Part shown: piece by piece, positions 8,928 to 19,686 of the stretch | Layout of the letters: each line of letters starts with the position of its first letter | Position numbering within the stretch: position 1 is the stretch's first letter | Assembly: GCA_016178135.1 (NCBI GenBank) | Contig: JACOTW010000002.1 | Location: 13,043-77,042, forward strand | DNA from: Candidatus Saccharimonadota bacterium | Lineage (GTDB): Bacteria; Patescibacteriota; Saccharimonadia; Saccharimonadales; JACOTW01 | Length of the DNA stretch: 64,000 nucleotides | Direction of reading: 5' to 3' | Program-made: the position numbers and the translations under genes | Notes under the pieces: generated by a model | Seen by the model: the letters and a program-made list of their open reading frames with translations, nothing else | Database searches by the model: none | Told to the model about the DNA's origin: nothing

Positions 8928-10694
8928 ATGGATGCTGTTGAGGAGATTAAGTCGCGTCTAAGTATTGAGGACGTTGTTGGTGAATATGTACAGTTAAAAC
9001 GGGCTGGGCGTAATTTTAAGGGCTTAAGTCCTTTTTCGAACGAAAAGACTGCTAGTTTTATGGTGAGTCCAGAAAAGCAAATCTGGCATGATTTTTCGTC
9101 TGCCAAAGGCGGAAATATGTTTAGTTTTGTGATGGAAATGGAAGGGCTAGACTTCAAGGAAACGCTGGAGTTGTTAGCCCGCAAAGCGGGTGTGGATCTA
9201 AGCCAGTATCAAAACAATCGGACGAGCAGTAATATAAAAGTAAAAGAACGTTTGTATGAAGCGTTGGAACTTGCCGCTAAATTTTATCAAATACACTTTA
9301 GTAAAAATAAAACAGCTCTTGACTATGTGCTTAAAAAACGAGCTTTTAGTAAAGACACGGCTTTATTATTCAGGCTTGGTTATGCTCCGGCGGACGGTAG
9401 TGCATTAACGGACTTTTTAAAGAAAAAAGGTTTTAGCGATAAAGAACTTCAGCAAGCTGGTCTTGCGGTTCGAGGTTATGATGCTATTCGTGATATGTTT
9501 CGAGGGCGATTGATGATTCCACTCCAAGATCCTCAAGGACGAATTATAGGTTTTACTGCTCGTATTTTGAATGATGAGCCAAACGCTCCTAAATATATCA
9601 ATACACCCCAAACGCTGCTGTATGATAAAGGACGCCACGTCTACGGTCTGCATTTGGCCAAAGAAGCTATCCGGACTCATAAATACAGTGTTGTGGTGGA
9701 GGGTAATTTGGATGTTATTGCCAGCCATCAAGCTAAAGTAACTCAAGTTGTAGCAACGGCTGGAACGGCCGTAACACAGATGCATTTAAAGGCACTTAGT
9801 CGTTTTTCTAGTGATATTAGGCTGGCATTTGACCAGGATTCGGCAGGTCAAGCCGCGGCCGAAAGGGCTATCCCTATTGCTAGTAAGGTTGGCGCGTCCT
9901 TAAGTATTATTGATATTCCATCTGGTAAGGATCCAGATGAGCTTATCAAAAAAGATCCGAAACTATGGGAGGCTGCCATTGACAAGCGACAATATGCCCT
10001 TGATTGGTTGATTGATCGTTATGTGGGTCAGCTTGATCTGAAAAGTGCCACCGGTAAACGGCAATTCAGCGACATTTTAATAGATGTCGTGAAACAACTG
10101 GATGATAGTGTCGAACAAGACCATTATTTACGGCGCATCGCAGGTACAATAGATGTTAGCATTGAGGTTATTCGTAGTAAATTCAAGCAGAACAAAACTG
10201 CTCCCAGAATGCTAAAAAGACATAAGGTAATCCCGAAAAGTGTCGATGAACGCCAGCTGGAGGCTATCAAGGCGCAGAACCAGATATTATCCATAGTATT
10301 GAAATATCCTAACCTTAGATCATATTTGGAGCGGCTTAATGCCGATATGCTGATAGAAGATGATGCCAAGAGTCTTTTTGTATTTCTACAGAAACATCCC
10401 GAATTTGCCGGAAACCCAATTACCGTCAAGCAGTTGGAGCCGATAGCTGATTATGTTAAAATGTTAATATTACAATATGAGGCATTCTATCAGGGCGTCG
10501 AGGCGGCGGAACTTTCTTACGAAACCGCTCACTTGCAGCAACGACTGATTGAATTGTATGTAAAGAGCAAAAAACTGATATTGAGCGAAGAATTACGCGA
10601 TACTAATGAAGTTCGCACCCAAACATTATTAAAAGAAGTAAAAGAACTAGATCAATTACTTAAACGCGCAGGAGACAGCCATGCCCAGCAATAA
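8928..10694 (+). CDS. dnaG: DNA primase
   Basis: [54 protein letters not shown]. Confidence 0.97.
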   Translation: MDAVEEIKSRLSIEDVVGEYVQLKRAGRNFKGLSPFSNEKTASFMVSPEKQIWHDFSSAKGGNMFSFVMEMEGLDFKETLELLARKAGVDLSQYQNNRTSSNIKVKERLYEALELAAKFYQIHFSKNKTALDYVLKKRAFSKDTALLFRLGYAPADGSALTDFLKKKGFSDKELQQAGLAVRGYDAIRDMFRGRLMIPLQDPQGRIIGFTARILNDEPNAPKYINTPQTLLYDKGRHVYGLHLAKEAIRTHKYSVVVEGNLDVIASHQAKVTQVVATAGTAVTQMHLKALSRFSSDIRLAFDQDSAGQAAAERAIPIASKVGASLSIIDIPSGKDPDELIKKDPKLWEAAIDKRQYALDWLIDRYVGQLDLKSATGKRQFSDILIDVVKQLDDSVEQDHYLRRIAGTIDVSIEVIRSKFKQNKTAPRMLKRHKVIPKSVDERQLEAIKAQNQILSIVLKYPNLRSYLERLNADMLIEDDAKSLFVFLQKHPEFAGNPITVKQLEPIADYVKMLILQYEAFYQGVEAAELSYETAHLQQRLIELYVKSKKLILSEELRDTNEVRTQTLLKEVKELDQLLKRAGDSHAQQ

Positions 10695-11817
10695 GAAAGT
10701 AAAACCGACCCAAAACACAGTTGACCCAGCTTTAGAAATAGCTAAAAAAGAGTTGATAGAAAAGGCCAAGAAAGATGGTCGGATTGACCAGCATGATATT
10801 TTTGCTGTCATACCAGACCTACCTGCCAATAGCGATATCCTAGATGCTATTTATGTCGAACTGGCTGATGCCGATATAGAATTAGTAAGCACCAACGAAC
10901 CTCCTGCTAAAGAACTTGGCGACGCATGGGTAGCCGAAGAGAGCGAGGAAGAAATTGTCCTTAATGATCAAGTCTATTTAGACGATATTGCTGATGATTC
11001 GGTACGTTTGTATTTGCGTGAAATTGGTAAAATTCCGTTGTTGACCGCTGAAGAAGAACTGGCTTTGGCTAAGCGTGTCGTAGCCGGAGATAAAAAAGCT
11101 AAAGCCCAGATGGCCGAAGCCAATATGCGTTTGGTAGTTTCTATTGCCAAGCGGTATGTGGGTCGCGGGCTTGATTTGCTTGATCTTGTTCAGGAAGGTA
11201 ACACGGGTCTTTTACGTGCAGTTGAAAAGTTCGATCCAGATAAGGGCTTTAAATTTTCAACCTATGCGACTTGGTGGATTCGTCAGGCTATTACTCGTGC
11301 GATCGCTGACCAAGCTCGAACTATTCGTATTCCTGTACACATGGTAGAGACGATTAATAAATTGTTACGCACTCAACGTCGTTTGACCCAAGAGCTTAAT
11401 CGTGAGCCATCCAATGAAGAAATTGCTGAAGCTATGGAAATTGAAGTTGAAAAAGTCGAACACATAATGAAGATCAAGCAAGATATTTCCAGTCTGGATG
11501 CTAGCGTTCGTGATGATGAAGAAGATTCAGTACTCGGCGACTTTATAGAAGATGAGGATACTGTTTCACCAGAAGAATCAGCCACCGGACAATTATTAAA
11601 AGAACATGTTAATGACATGCTTGGGGCGTTAACTGAACGGGAACAAAAAATTCTTCGACTGCGTTTTGGGCTAGAAGATGGCAAAAGCCACACACTGGAA
11701 GAGGTAGGGCAGGAATTTAGTGTTACGCGTGAACGTATACGTCAAATAGAGGCTAAAGCTCTCACTAAACTTCGCAAACACAAAGATGCCAAAAAACTGC
11801 ACGAATATATAAAATAA
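10681..11817 (+). CDS. rpoD: RNA polymerase primary sigma factor
   Basis: [72 protein letters not shown]. Confidence 0.97.
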   Translation: MPSNKKVKPTQNTVDPALEIAKKELIEKAKKDGRIDQHDIFAVIPDLPANSDILDAIYVELADADIELVSTNEPPAKELGDAWVAEESEEEIVLNDQVYLDDIADDSVRLYLREIGKIPLLTAEEELALAKRVVAGDKKAKAQMAEANMRLVVSIAKRYVGRGLDLLDLVQEGNTGLLRAVEKFDPDKGFKFSTYATWWIRQAITRAIADQARTIRIPVHMVETINKLLRTQRRLTQELNREPSNEEIAEAMEIEVEKVEHIMKIKQDISSLDASVRDDEEDSVLGDFIEDEDTVSPEESATGQLLKEHVNDMLGALTEREQKILRLRFGLEDGKSHTLEEVGQEFSVTRERIRQIEAKALTKLRKHKDAKKLHEYIK

Positions 11818-11906
11818 TTTGCATAACAGATAGGAGTATGATAGTATTCCATGTAACGCTATCAATCTCTTCATATATTTTAAGTAATAAACCTAAAAGG
11901 AGCTAC

Positions 11907-12173
11907 ATGATTACAGCGGATAAGAAGCAGAAAATTATTGCTGACTTACAGAAAGACAAAAAAGACACTGGCTCAAGCGTGGTACAGGTTGGTATTTTGA
12001 CGGAAAGAATCAAAGAACTGACTGAACACCTCAAGGTCAACAAGAAGGATTTTATGACGCGTCGGGGGCTATTGCAGTCTGTTGGTAAACGCAAGCGTCA
12101 CTTAAAATATATTGCTGAAAAAGATAGCAAAACCTATTTAGAATTGATCAAGAAACTTGGCATCCGAAAGTAG
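11907..12173 (+). CDS. rpsO: 30S ribosomal protein S15
   Basis: DTGSSVVQVGILTERIKELTEHLK...RRGLL; SD AAGGAG before ATG 11907. Confidence 0.97.
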   Translation: MITADKKQKIIADLQKDKKDTGSSVVQVGILTERIKELTEHLKVNKKDFMTRRGLLQSVGKRKRHLKYIAEKDSKTYLELIKKLGIRK

Positions 12174-12310
12174 AACCTTAATTTTAAGCATCAATTATCA
12201 TGTAGCAGAGATGTAACATGTGTCATGTAGCCAAAACAGCTACTTGTTACATGCTACATCTATGCAGCACTATACATGTGGCATTGGCGTAAGGATTATT
12301 AATAAACCGT

Positions 12311-12366
12311 GGGTGATGGAGCACAGCTTTCCCGAAAGTATTGGGATGGTTGAACCCTGTCACCTC
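12311..12366 (+). promoter_or_regulatory. long hairpin in pnp 5' leader (candidate RNase III / autoregulatory stem)
   Basis: GGGTGATGG pairs with CTGTCACCT and CAGCTTTCCCGA with TTGGGATGGTTG, immediately upstream of the pnp SD. Confidence 0.5.
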
Positions 12367-12380
12367 AAGAAAGGACAGTA

Positions 12381-14525
12381 ATGTCAACAATAAACCCGTT
12401 CGGTAAAGAAATTATAAAAGTAGAAACAGATTTTTGCGGACGCAAATTATCGCTAGAAGTAGGCCGCGTGGGCTTTCGTTCAACCGCTTCGGTTATTGCT
12501 CGTTACGGTGAGACCGTCGTACTGGGAACAGCTATGGTTAATAATCAGCCGGCATCTGGTTTTGATTACTTTCCGTTATCTATTGACTATGAAGAGCGAT
12601 TTTATGCGGCTGGTAAGATTAGTGGTAGCCGTTTTGTTAAGCGTGAAGGTCGTCCTAGCGATGATGCGATCTTGATAGGTCGATTGATTGACCGACCCAT
12701 TCGTCCACTATGGCCAAAAGGCTACAAATATGAAGCCCAGGGAGTGGCAACCGTTTTGAGTATGGATCCAGAATTTCGTCCGGATATGATTGCTATGATT
12801 GCTATGAGTGCTGCTTTTATGCTGACGGGTGCGCCGTTTGATGGGCCGATTGCTGGTGTTCGTGTTGGTCTAGTGGATGGTAAGCCAAAGGCCTTTGCTA
12901 CTCCAGATGAACTTAATAATGGCGATCTAGATCTTGTTGTTGCCGGAACTAAAGAAGCTATTATGATGGTTGAGGCGGGAGCGAATGAAGTTACCGAGGA
13001 TCAAGTCGCCGAATCTCTAGAATTTGCCCACAAAGCTATTCAGCCGGCCATTGCCTTACAGCAAGAGCTTATTAAAAAAGTTGGTGTTACACCCCAGGAA
13101 TATGAGCTTTTAATGCCCGATGAGGATGTTCAAAAGCGCGTGGATACCTGGGTTGCTGGAAAATTAGGCACTGGTTTGAGGTCTCCATATCCAGAACGTA
13201 ATGATCTTGTCAAAAAAGTTCGCGAGGACATGTATGCACATTTTGAAAACGAGCTTGGTGAAAACTTCAAAGAATTAAAAACAGAATATGATGATGCCTT
13301 TACTATGGCGCTTCATAAAGATGTGCGCGAAGGAATCGTGCGGGAACAAGTTCGTCCAGATGGCAGGGCTTTGACTGAAATTCGTCCGCTTTCCAGTGAA
13401 GTTGGTATTTTGCCTCGAGCGCACGGGTCAAGTTTGTTCACCAGAGGCATGACCCAAGGTATGAATATTGTTACTCTAGCACCGCTTAGCTATGCTCAAA
13501 TGTTGGATACGATGGAGCACAATAGCAGCGAAAAGCGTTTCATGCATCACTACAATGCCCCTGGATATACGGTTGGAGAGATTAAACGTTTAGGATCGCC
13601 GGGTCGCCGTGAAATAGGCCACAGTGCTTTAGCGGAACGTGCCCTTCTGCCGGTTATTCCGGATGAAGTAACTTTTCCTTATGCTATTCGTTCAGTAACT
13701 GAAATCATGAGTCAGAACGGCAGTACTTCTATGGCTGCGACTTGTTCCAGCTGTTTGGCGCTCATGGATGCTGGCGTTCCACTCAAGAGTCCGGTTAGTG
13801 GAATCGCTATGGGTTTGATGTTGGATGGCGATAACGCTTATATTATGAGTGATATTGCCGATGCCGAGGATTTTGCCGGCGATATGGACTTCAAGGTTAC
13901 GGGTACTACTAAAGGCATAACGGCCCTACAAATGGATATGAAAGTCCACGGATTGGGGGCAGATATTCTTAAGCAAGCCTTGATGCAGAGTAAAGATGGG
14001 CGGGCTCAAATCTTGAAACACATGCTAACTATATTGCCTGAACCGCGCAAAGAAATGAGTCCTTATGCGCCACGAGTTGAATCTATCAAGATAAATCCGG
14101 ATAAAATTCGCGAAATTATTGGTAAGGGCGGTGAAACGATTCAGAAGATCACAGCCGAAACGGGTACAGAAATTGACATTAAAGATGACGGTATTGTCAT
14201 GATAGCCAGCCCCGATAAAGCCAAAATTGACGCGGCAATCCAGTGGATCAAAACTATTACTGAAGATCCAGAGATTGGTCAGATTTACACTGATCGGCCG
14301 GTAGTAAGTGTTATGGATTTTGGTGTGTTTGTGCAGATTATGCCAGGTAAAGATGGCTTGGTGCACGTTAGCGAAATGTCCGAGGAGCGTGTTGAGCGCC
14401 CTAGTGATGTAGTCAAAGAAGGTGATAGAGTTACCGTTAAACTTATAGCCATAGATGATCGCGGACGACTGCAATTGAGCATGAAAGCAGCAGCCCGGGA
14501 ATTAAAAGATTCAACCAAGGAGTAA
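12381..14525 (+). CDS. pnp: polyribonucleotide nucleotidyltransferase
   Basis: FVKREGRPS, RPDGR, RREIGHSALAERAL, SQNGSTSMA, GDMDFKVTG, KH and S1 domains. Confidence 0.98.
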   Translation: MSTINPFGKEIIKVETDFCGRKLSLEVGRVGFRSTASVIARYGETVVLGTAMVNNQPASGFDYFPLSIDYEERFYAAGKISGSRFVKREGRPSDDAILIGRLIDRPIRPLWPKGYKYEAQGVATVLSMDPEFRPDMIAMIAMSAAFMLTGAPFDGPIAGVRVGLVDGKPKAFATPDELNNGDLDLVVAGTKEAIMMVEAGANEVTEDQVAESLEFAHKAIQPAIALQQELIKKVGVTPQEYELLMPDEDVQKRVDTWVAGKLGTGLRSPYPERNDLVKKVREDMYAHFENELGENFKELKTEYDDAFTMALHKDVREGIVREQVRPDGRALTEIRPLSSEVGILPRAHGSSLFTRGMTQGMNIVTLAPLSYAQMLDTMEHNSSEKRFMHHYNAPGYTVGEIKRLGSPGRREIGHSALAERALLPVIPDEVTFPYAIRSVTEIMSQNGSTSMAATCSSCLALMDAGVPLKSPVSGIAMGLMLDGDNAYIMSDIADAEDFAGDMDFKVTGTTKGITALQMDMKVHGLGADILKQALMQSKDGRAQILKHMLTILPEPRKEMSPYAPRVESIKINPDKIREIIGKGGETIQKITAETGTEIDIKDDGIVMIASPDKAKIDAAIQWIKTITEDPEIGQIYTDRPVVSVMDFGVFVQIMPGKDGLVHVSEMSEERVERPSDVVKEGDRVTVKLIAIDDRGRLQLSMKAAARELKDSTKE

Positions 14526-14530
14526 AAACA

Positions 14531-14740
14531 TTGAAACAAGCCAAGGATTTTCTTAGCTGGAAGCTAACTCGAACGGGGTTGCTGATAAGTGGCACTATTG
14601 AGTTAATTTTAGCTTATATATTTGGGTCTCGGGCGCTTGATACTGGTAGCTACTGGCACTATCTTGGCGCGCTAGTGTTCTTTATAGGGACTATTAAATC
14701 ATACGTTCAAGCATTGAAAATAACTCATGGCAAAAACTAA
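14531..14740 (+). CDS. small two-TM hypothetical protein
   Basis: TTG start after GGAG; two hydrophobic segments; overlaps the start of udg. Confidence 0.55.
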   Translation: MKQAKDFLSWKLTRTGLLISGTIELILAYIFGSRALDTGSYWHYLGALVFFIGTIKSYVQALKITHGKN

Positions 14741-15293
14741 CCAACAACAATTAGACGAGATCGAGGCAAGAATCATTAAAGATGAGGTCTGCATAGACTT
14801 GGCCAGACAAGCTACGCAACTTGTTTTTGGTAACGGCAACCCAAACGCCAGTATTGTATTTGTAGGTGAAGCACCAGGTAAGAACGAGGATCTGAAAGGC
14901 GTACCATTTGTGGGGGCAGCCGGTAAGTTCCTAGACGAAATGCTAACCATGATAAATATGAAGAGAACAGATGTATATATTACCAATATAGTCAAATATC
15001 GCCCACCCAATAATCGCGATCCTTTACCAGAGGAGAAAACAGCCTTTTTGCCTTATTTACAGTCCCAGCTGGACGTAATTCAACCGAAGATTGTCGCCAC
15101 TCTAGGACGACACAGCATGAATTGCTTCCTGCCGGATCTACAAATATCTGCGGTACATGGCCAGCCCAAACGTTATCAGGGAAGGGTATTTTTACCGCTG
15201 TTTCACCCAGCCGCAGCCCTATATAATGGCAACATGAAACAGATAATTATAGATGATTTTGTTAAGATTCCAACAATATTAGAAAAAATTTAA
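14727..15293 (+). CDS. udg: uracil-DNA glycosylase family 4
   Basis: VGEAPG, PFVGAAG, YITNIVKYRPPNNRDP, FHPAAALY. Confidence 0.92.
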   Translation: MAKTNQQQLDEIEARIIKDEVCIDLARQATQLVFGNGNPNASIVFVGEAPGKNEDLKGVPFVGAAGKFLDEMLTMINMKRTDVYITNIVKYRPPNNRDPLPEEKTAFLPYLQSQLDVIQPKIVATLGRHSMNCFLPDLQISAVHGQPKRYQGRVFLPLFHPAAALYNGNMKQIIIDDFVKIPTILEKI

Positions 15294-15321
15294 TTCTTGA
15301 AATTTCAATAGAAAGGAAATT

Positions 15322-17340
15322 ATGAATCCAAAAAAGAACACACAAGACAAGTCCCACAATAATATTAAGCAAGTTTCTGGGCCGGTGCGTTCCACAAGTC
15401 GTGGCGCGGCCATTCGCGCTCAAAAACGCTCTCAAGATGATGCGCATCGTATTGCCAGCGAGCACAAAGATGCTGAAACCAATCAGCTAACCAAACGCGC
15501 CAATATAGTGGTAGAGGATTTTGATAAACTCCGAATCTCATTTTTGGGTGGTCTCTTTGACGTTGGCGAAAAAAATATGGCAGTTATCGAATATAAAAAT
15601 GATGCTATTATCCTGGATTGCGGTAATAATTTGGGTGTTGATTTGCCAGGGATAAATTATGCCATAGCTGATCCTTCGTACCTGGCATCGATCAAACATA
15701 AGATTAAAGGCTACATTATTACTCATGGTCATTTGGATCATATCGGTGGACTTAAACATATCGTTCCGCGCTACCCCGCGCCAATATATGGCTCGCGCTA
15801 CACTATTGGTATTGTAGGGCGTACGTTTGAGGAAGAGCTGCCTGGTAGTGACGGTTCGTTTGAGCTCAAAACCGTAATTATGAATATAGATAATCATGAA
15901 CGCTTGAAGATAGGTGATTTTATAGTGGAGCTTGTACGTGTTACTCATTCTATTCCTGATGCTAGTACGGCGGTAATTGAAACACCAGTTGGACGAATTG
16001 TGGCGACTGGCGATTTTAGACTTGACCCTGAACCACTTGATGATAAGCCTAGCGATACGGCGCGCCTGAAACAGCTTGGCGATCAAGGTGTTTTGGTTTT
16101 GTTAAGCGATAGTAGCTACGCGGACGTAGAAGGGCGTACTCCCACCGAACACACCTTGCAGCAGAGTTTTCACGACGTAATCGCTCAATCCCAAGGACGG
16201 ATTTTCGTGGCGTCTTTCTCCAGTAATATGAATCGTATTCAAATGGTCATCAATGCTGCGGTAAACGCCGGACGTAAAGTAGCTCTAGACGGTCGCAGTA
16301 TGATGGGTTACGCCGAAGTTGCCGTTCGGCAAGGTATTTTGAAAGTTCCCAAAGGGATGATTATGGCTATGCGGGATGCCACTGGTATTCCTGACGACAA
16401 GTTACTAGTTATGTGTACGGGTGGCCAAGGCGAGCCTAATGCCGCCTTGCAACGTATGAGCGAGGGTGATCATAAATATATAAAACTCAAGCCTGGCGAT
16501 ACCGTGGTGGTGAGTTCGTCGCCGATTCCTGGCAATGAAGTTCGCTATGATATGATTGGCAATAATTTGGCAAAATTAGGTGTGCATCTATTTCGTCATC
16601 CAACTCATGAGCTAGACGGTTGCGGGCCATTGCATGTATCTGGTCATGGACGCAGGGATGAACTGCGTGAAATGTTGCATTTGGTACGACCCAAGTTTTT
16701 CATTCCGGTTCATGCTGGCACCTTACGTCGCAGATATCACGGTGAGTTGGCTATTCAAGAAGGCTGGAAACGAGGTAATGTATTGTTGCCTGAAAATGGC
16801 GATAGCCTACTGTTTACGGATAATACTTGTGAAAATGCTGGGCAAATTCCGCACGGAAGTCTGTTGGTAGACCAAACTGGAGCTGTAGTAAATAACGTAG
16901 TCATCAAAGATCGAGTTATGCTATCCCAAGAAGGCTTAGTCGCCGTAGTGCTTACGGTTGATAAAAAGAACGGTAATTTGTTAACCAGCCCAGATATCAT
17001 TAGCCGAGGTTTCATATATATGCGTGATAATGAAGACATTATGAACGGCTTGCGTCAAGAATTGCGTCGTGCTTCTTCGCAACGGTTTAAGCGTATTGAT
17101 CTGGATCGTTTCAAGCAAGAGATCAAAGAACATGTAACTCACTATCTGTTCGATCAAACTGGTCGCAGTCCAATAGTTATTCCGGTGGTAAATATTATTG
17201 GCGGTAAGGGTGAGCCGAAATCGGCCACCAGTAATGGTACCGTCGTCAGTAAAACGTCCGAAGAAATAGCAACAGAACAGCAAAAGCGTTTCCAGGAATT
17301 ACGAGAACGTCTGTTGTCACAAGACGTCCGCACAGACTAG
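15322..17340 (+). CDS. rnj: ribonuclease J
   Basis: THGHLDHIGG, HSIPD, TGDFRLD, GGQGEP, HVSGHG, PVHA. Confidence 0.96.
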   Translation: MNPKKNTQDKSHNNIKQVSGPVRSTSRGAAIRAQKRSQDDAHRIASEHKDAETNQLTKRANIVVEDFDKLRISFLGGLFDVGEKNMAVIEYKNDAIILDCGNNLGVDLPGINYAIADPSYLASIKHKIKGYIITHGHLDHIGGLKHIVPRYPAPIYGSRYTIGIVGRTFEEELPGSDGSFELKTVIMNIDNHERLKIGDFIVELVRVTHSIPDASTAVIETPVGRIVATGDFRLDPEPLDDKPSDTARLKQLGDQGVLVLLSDSSYADVEGRTPTEHTLQQSFHDVIAQSQGRIFVASFSSNMNRIQMVINAAVNAGRKVALDGRSMMGYAEVAVRQGILKVPKGMIMAMRDATGIPDDKLLVMCTGGQGEPNAALQRMSEGDHKYIKLKPGDTVVVSSSPIPGNEVRYDMIGNNLAKLGVHLFRHPTHELDGCGPLHVSGHGRRDELREMLHLVRPKFFIPVHAGTLRRRYHGELAIQEGWKRGNVLLPENGDSLLFTDNTCENAGQIPHGSLLVDQTGAVVNNVVIKDRVMLSQEGLVAVVLTVDKKNGNLLTSPDIISRGFIYMRDNEDIMNGLRQELRRASSQRFKRIDLDRFKQEIKEHVTHYLFDQTGRSPIVIPVVNIIGGKGEPKSATSNGTVVSKTSEEIATEQQKRFQELRERLLSQDVRTD

Positions 17341-17534
17341 ACTTTTCCTGTAAGCTTGACTGCTCCCAAGTTGCATATGCCGATTTCGTAACACCGTCAT
17401 ATCCAGTTAACCCCACATACAAATCAAATGGCAGTGTAAAATTAGCGGATGGCAGTATGGTGTTGCTCCCGAACGACTTTAGACTCCTCTCCAGCCATGA
17501 ATTTGTTCTATAGAGGACAGTCCACTATAGTCCT

Positions 17535-18200
17535 CTAGAATCCCATCTCTATTCGTGCGTATGTCAAGTAGGATGCGCTATAGGTTTTTGCATATTCCGA
17601 AAGTGCTTTGTGCAAGCTATCGCTTTTTTCACGCTTGCCCACGTGCGATACTCCTTCAAGTGCAACCCTGGCAATCGTGCGATGCAGGCCATGCTTGCGT
17701 ACTCGAGCGTTCAAAGCTGCTTCAATATTCCAACCATGCTTATCCTTTTCACTTAAAAAATCCCATACTTCTGTTCTGATAGCTCGTTGCCCACTCAAAG
17801 CACCCCATCTATCCAAAACCACCTTCTTAACAACTGTCTTACGCAGCCCGAGATAGCCAATGCTCATCCATGAACCGTACTCAAGTGGCTCAAGAAGCTG
17901 ATTTATATGACCTGGGTCAATGCCAAGTAAATCAGCGTCTAAAAAAACAGCACTGTTACAACCAACACCTCGCGCATATTGCATGCCAGTGTCCAGCGCT
18001 TCTCCCTTGCCACGGTTCGTAGTATGAGTAAGCACTTTTATGCCATCCTGAGAGGCCAACAAATCAGCAGTACCATCTGTCGAGCCGTCATCCACAACAA
18101 TCACCTCGCCAACGCCCACCGCCCCACAGGCGGCCTCAATAACTGGGAGGACACGCTCACCTTCGTTAAAGTCTGGGATAATTACCGCCACTTTCATCAC
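17535..18200 (-). CDS. glycosyltransferase family 2
   Basis: VIIPDFNE, VVDDGSTDGT, NRGKGEAL, FLDADL, SGQRA. Confidence 0.9.
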   Translation of the reverse strand: MMKVAVIIPDFNEGERVLPVIEAACGAVGVGEVIVVDDGSTDGTADLLASQDGIKVLTHTTNRGKGEALDTGMQYARGVGCNSAVFLDADLLGIDPGHINQLLEPLEYGSWMSIGYLGLRKTVVKKVVLDRWGALSGQRAIRTEVWDFLSEKDKHGWNIEAALNARVRKHGLHRTIARVALEGVSHVGKREKSDSLHKALSEYAKTYSASYLTYARIEMGF

Positions 18201-18326
18201 ACAATTCTATCAGTTATCACATACATATTCAGCTACCAGCCATCAGCCTATAGAGGACGGACTGCTAGGACCACAAGAAAACTGCGCTGAAACCCACACG
18301 CCAGTCACTATTTATGCCACCGTGTA

Positions 18327-18746
18327 CTAGTTATATTTTTCTTGCATTGCTGCGTGGGATTTTTTGATGATTTTTTCTAAAACAACCAGATTGACATCAG
18401 CCAGCTTATTAATATACAGACAGCTTACGCTTGTTTTATGTTTGCCTAAAGTCTTTAGTAAATCGCTATAATCCGCAAACCCAGGCATGATATAAATCGT
18501 CAAGTTTTGTTTGCGTGGAGAAAAGCCTGTCAGCGGCCAATCGCCTTCTTGTTTGCTTCTTTCGGATTTGTAATGGTACTGTCCGAACCCAATTATGCTG
18601 GTACCCCACATCTTGGGCTTTTCCCCTGTGATTTTTGAGAACATCGCCAGCAAAGTAAAACTGTCAGTTCTTTTTACTTCATCTGGCACTTTGTTTATAA
18701 AATCTTCTACGCTAGCGTCATTGGCAAGTGTTTTGAGCGTGCTCAT
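18327..18746 (-). CDS. DUF1801 (YdhG-like) protein
   Basis: PKMWGTSIIGFGQYHY, GFSPRKQNLTIY, LGKHKTSVSCLYINKL. Confidence 0.85.
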   Translation of the reverse strand: MSTLKTLANDASVEDFINKVPDEVKRTDSFTLLAMFSKITGEKPKMWGTSIIGFGQYHYKSERSKQEGDWPLTGFSPRKQNLTIYIMPGFADYSDLLKTLGKHKTSVSCLYINKLADVNLVVLEKIIKKSHAAMQEKYN

Positions 18747-19015
18747 AATTATGTATTCTAGCAAACTCTATCTGGAATTAAACTTTTCCTGAGTGCATCC
18801 ACATCAAATTTACTTCTTTCAGAATAGTTCGAATCCCTTCTGCCCACAAATCGTTTCAAAATGCCCAAACCGCATTCTTAGCCATATAAAAACACCTATA
18901 GAGGACGGACTCCTAGAATATACTGGACTTATTGCTTCTGGGGTGGAAGATAGGCAGACTATTTCGATCAATTTTGATGGTAAAAATCACAGAACAGGGG
19001 TAGAATAGTCGTAAT

Positions 19016-19660
19016 ATGGTGAAGATTCACAAATTAGATAAGCAGGATCGCCCTAGAGAAAAATTAATTTCAAACGGTGAAAAAAATTTATCTGATATTG
19101 AGTTACTTCAAATAATCATCGGTAGTGGCGTGCAGGGTGCGGACGTTACTAAAATATCCAGGCAGATAAAAAAGTTATTGGATTTCACTAGTTATAAACC
19201 TACTCTTTCACAATTGTCTGAAATCAAGGGCGTTAGCGACGCCACTGCAACTAAGTTGGTTGCACTTTTTGAGCTTGCAGGCCGCAATAATATTACTGAT
19301 ATTACTGTCAGGACTCCCGAGGATATAGTCGCTCAGGTTCCAGAGCTAAGAACGGCTAAACAAGAACATTTGGTTGTACTCACTCTGGACGGCGCAAATA
19401 GACTTATTGAGAAGCGGATAATTAGTATTGGAACACTTAATTCAAGCTTAGTTCACCCGCGCGAAGTTTTTGCTGACGCGATAACAGACCGTGCGGCAAG
19501 CATTATAGTAATACACAATCATCCAAGCGGAACATTAGAACCCAGCGATGCCGACACTGAAATTACCAAAAGACTGCAACAATCAGGTAAATTACTAGGA
19601 ATAAACCTACTAGATCATATTGTTATAACTAAAAATGATTATACATCGATATTGCAATAA
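19016..19660 (+). CDS. radC: RadC family JAB-domain protein
   Basis: RPREKL, LSDIELL, GTLNSSLVHPREVF, HNHPSG..PSDAD, LLDHIVI. Confidence 0.95.
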   Translation: MVKIHKLDKQDRPREKLISNGEKNLSDIELLQIIIGSGVQGADVTKISRQIKKLLDFTSYKPTLSQLSEIKGVSDATATKLVALFELAGRNNITDITVRTPEDIVAQVPELRTAKQEHLVVLTLDGANRLIEKRIISIGTLNSSLVHPREVFADAITDRAASIIVIHNHPSGTLEPSDADTEITKRLQQSGKLLGINLLDHIVITKNDYTSILQ

Positions 19661-19686
19661 TTGTAGTACAAGTTTACAATTATTGT

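Noticed and set aside
8789..9184. N-terminal part of the 332-aa ORF 8186..9184 (-)
   Set aside because: It runs antisense to dnaG and through a repeat; the plausible start is at 8788 or 8782.
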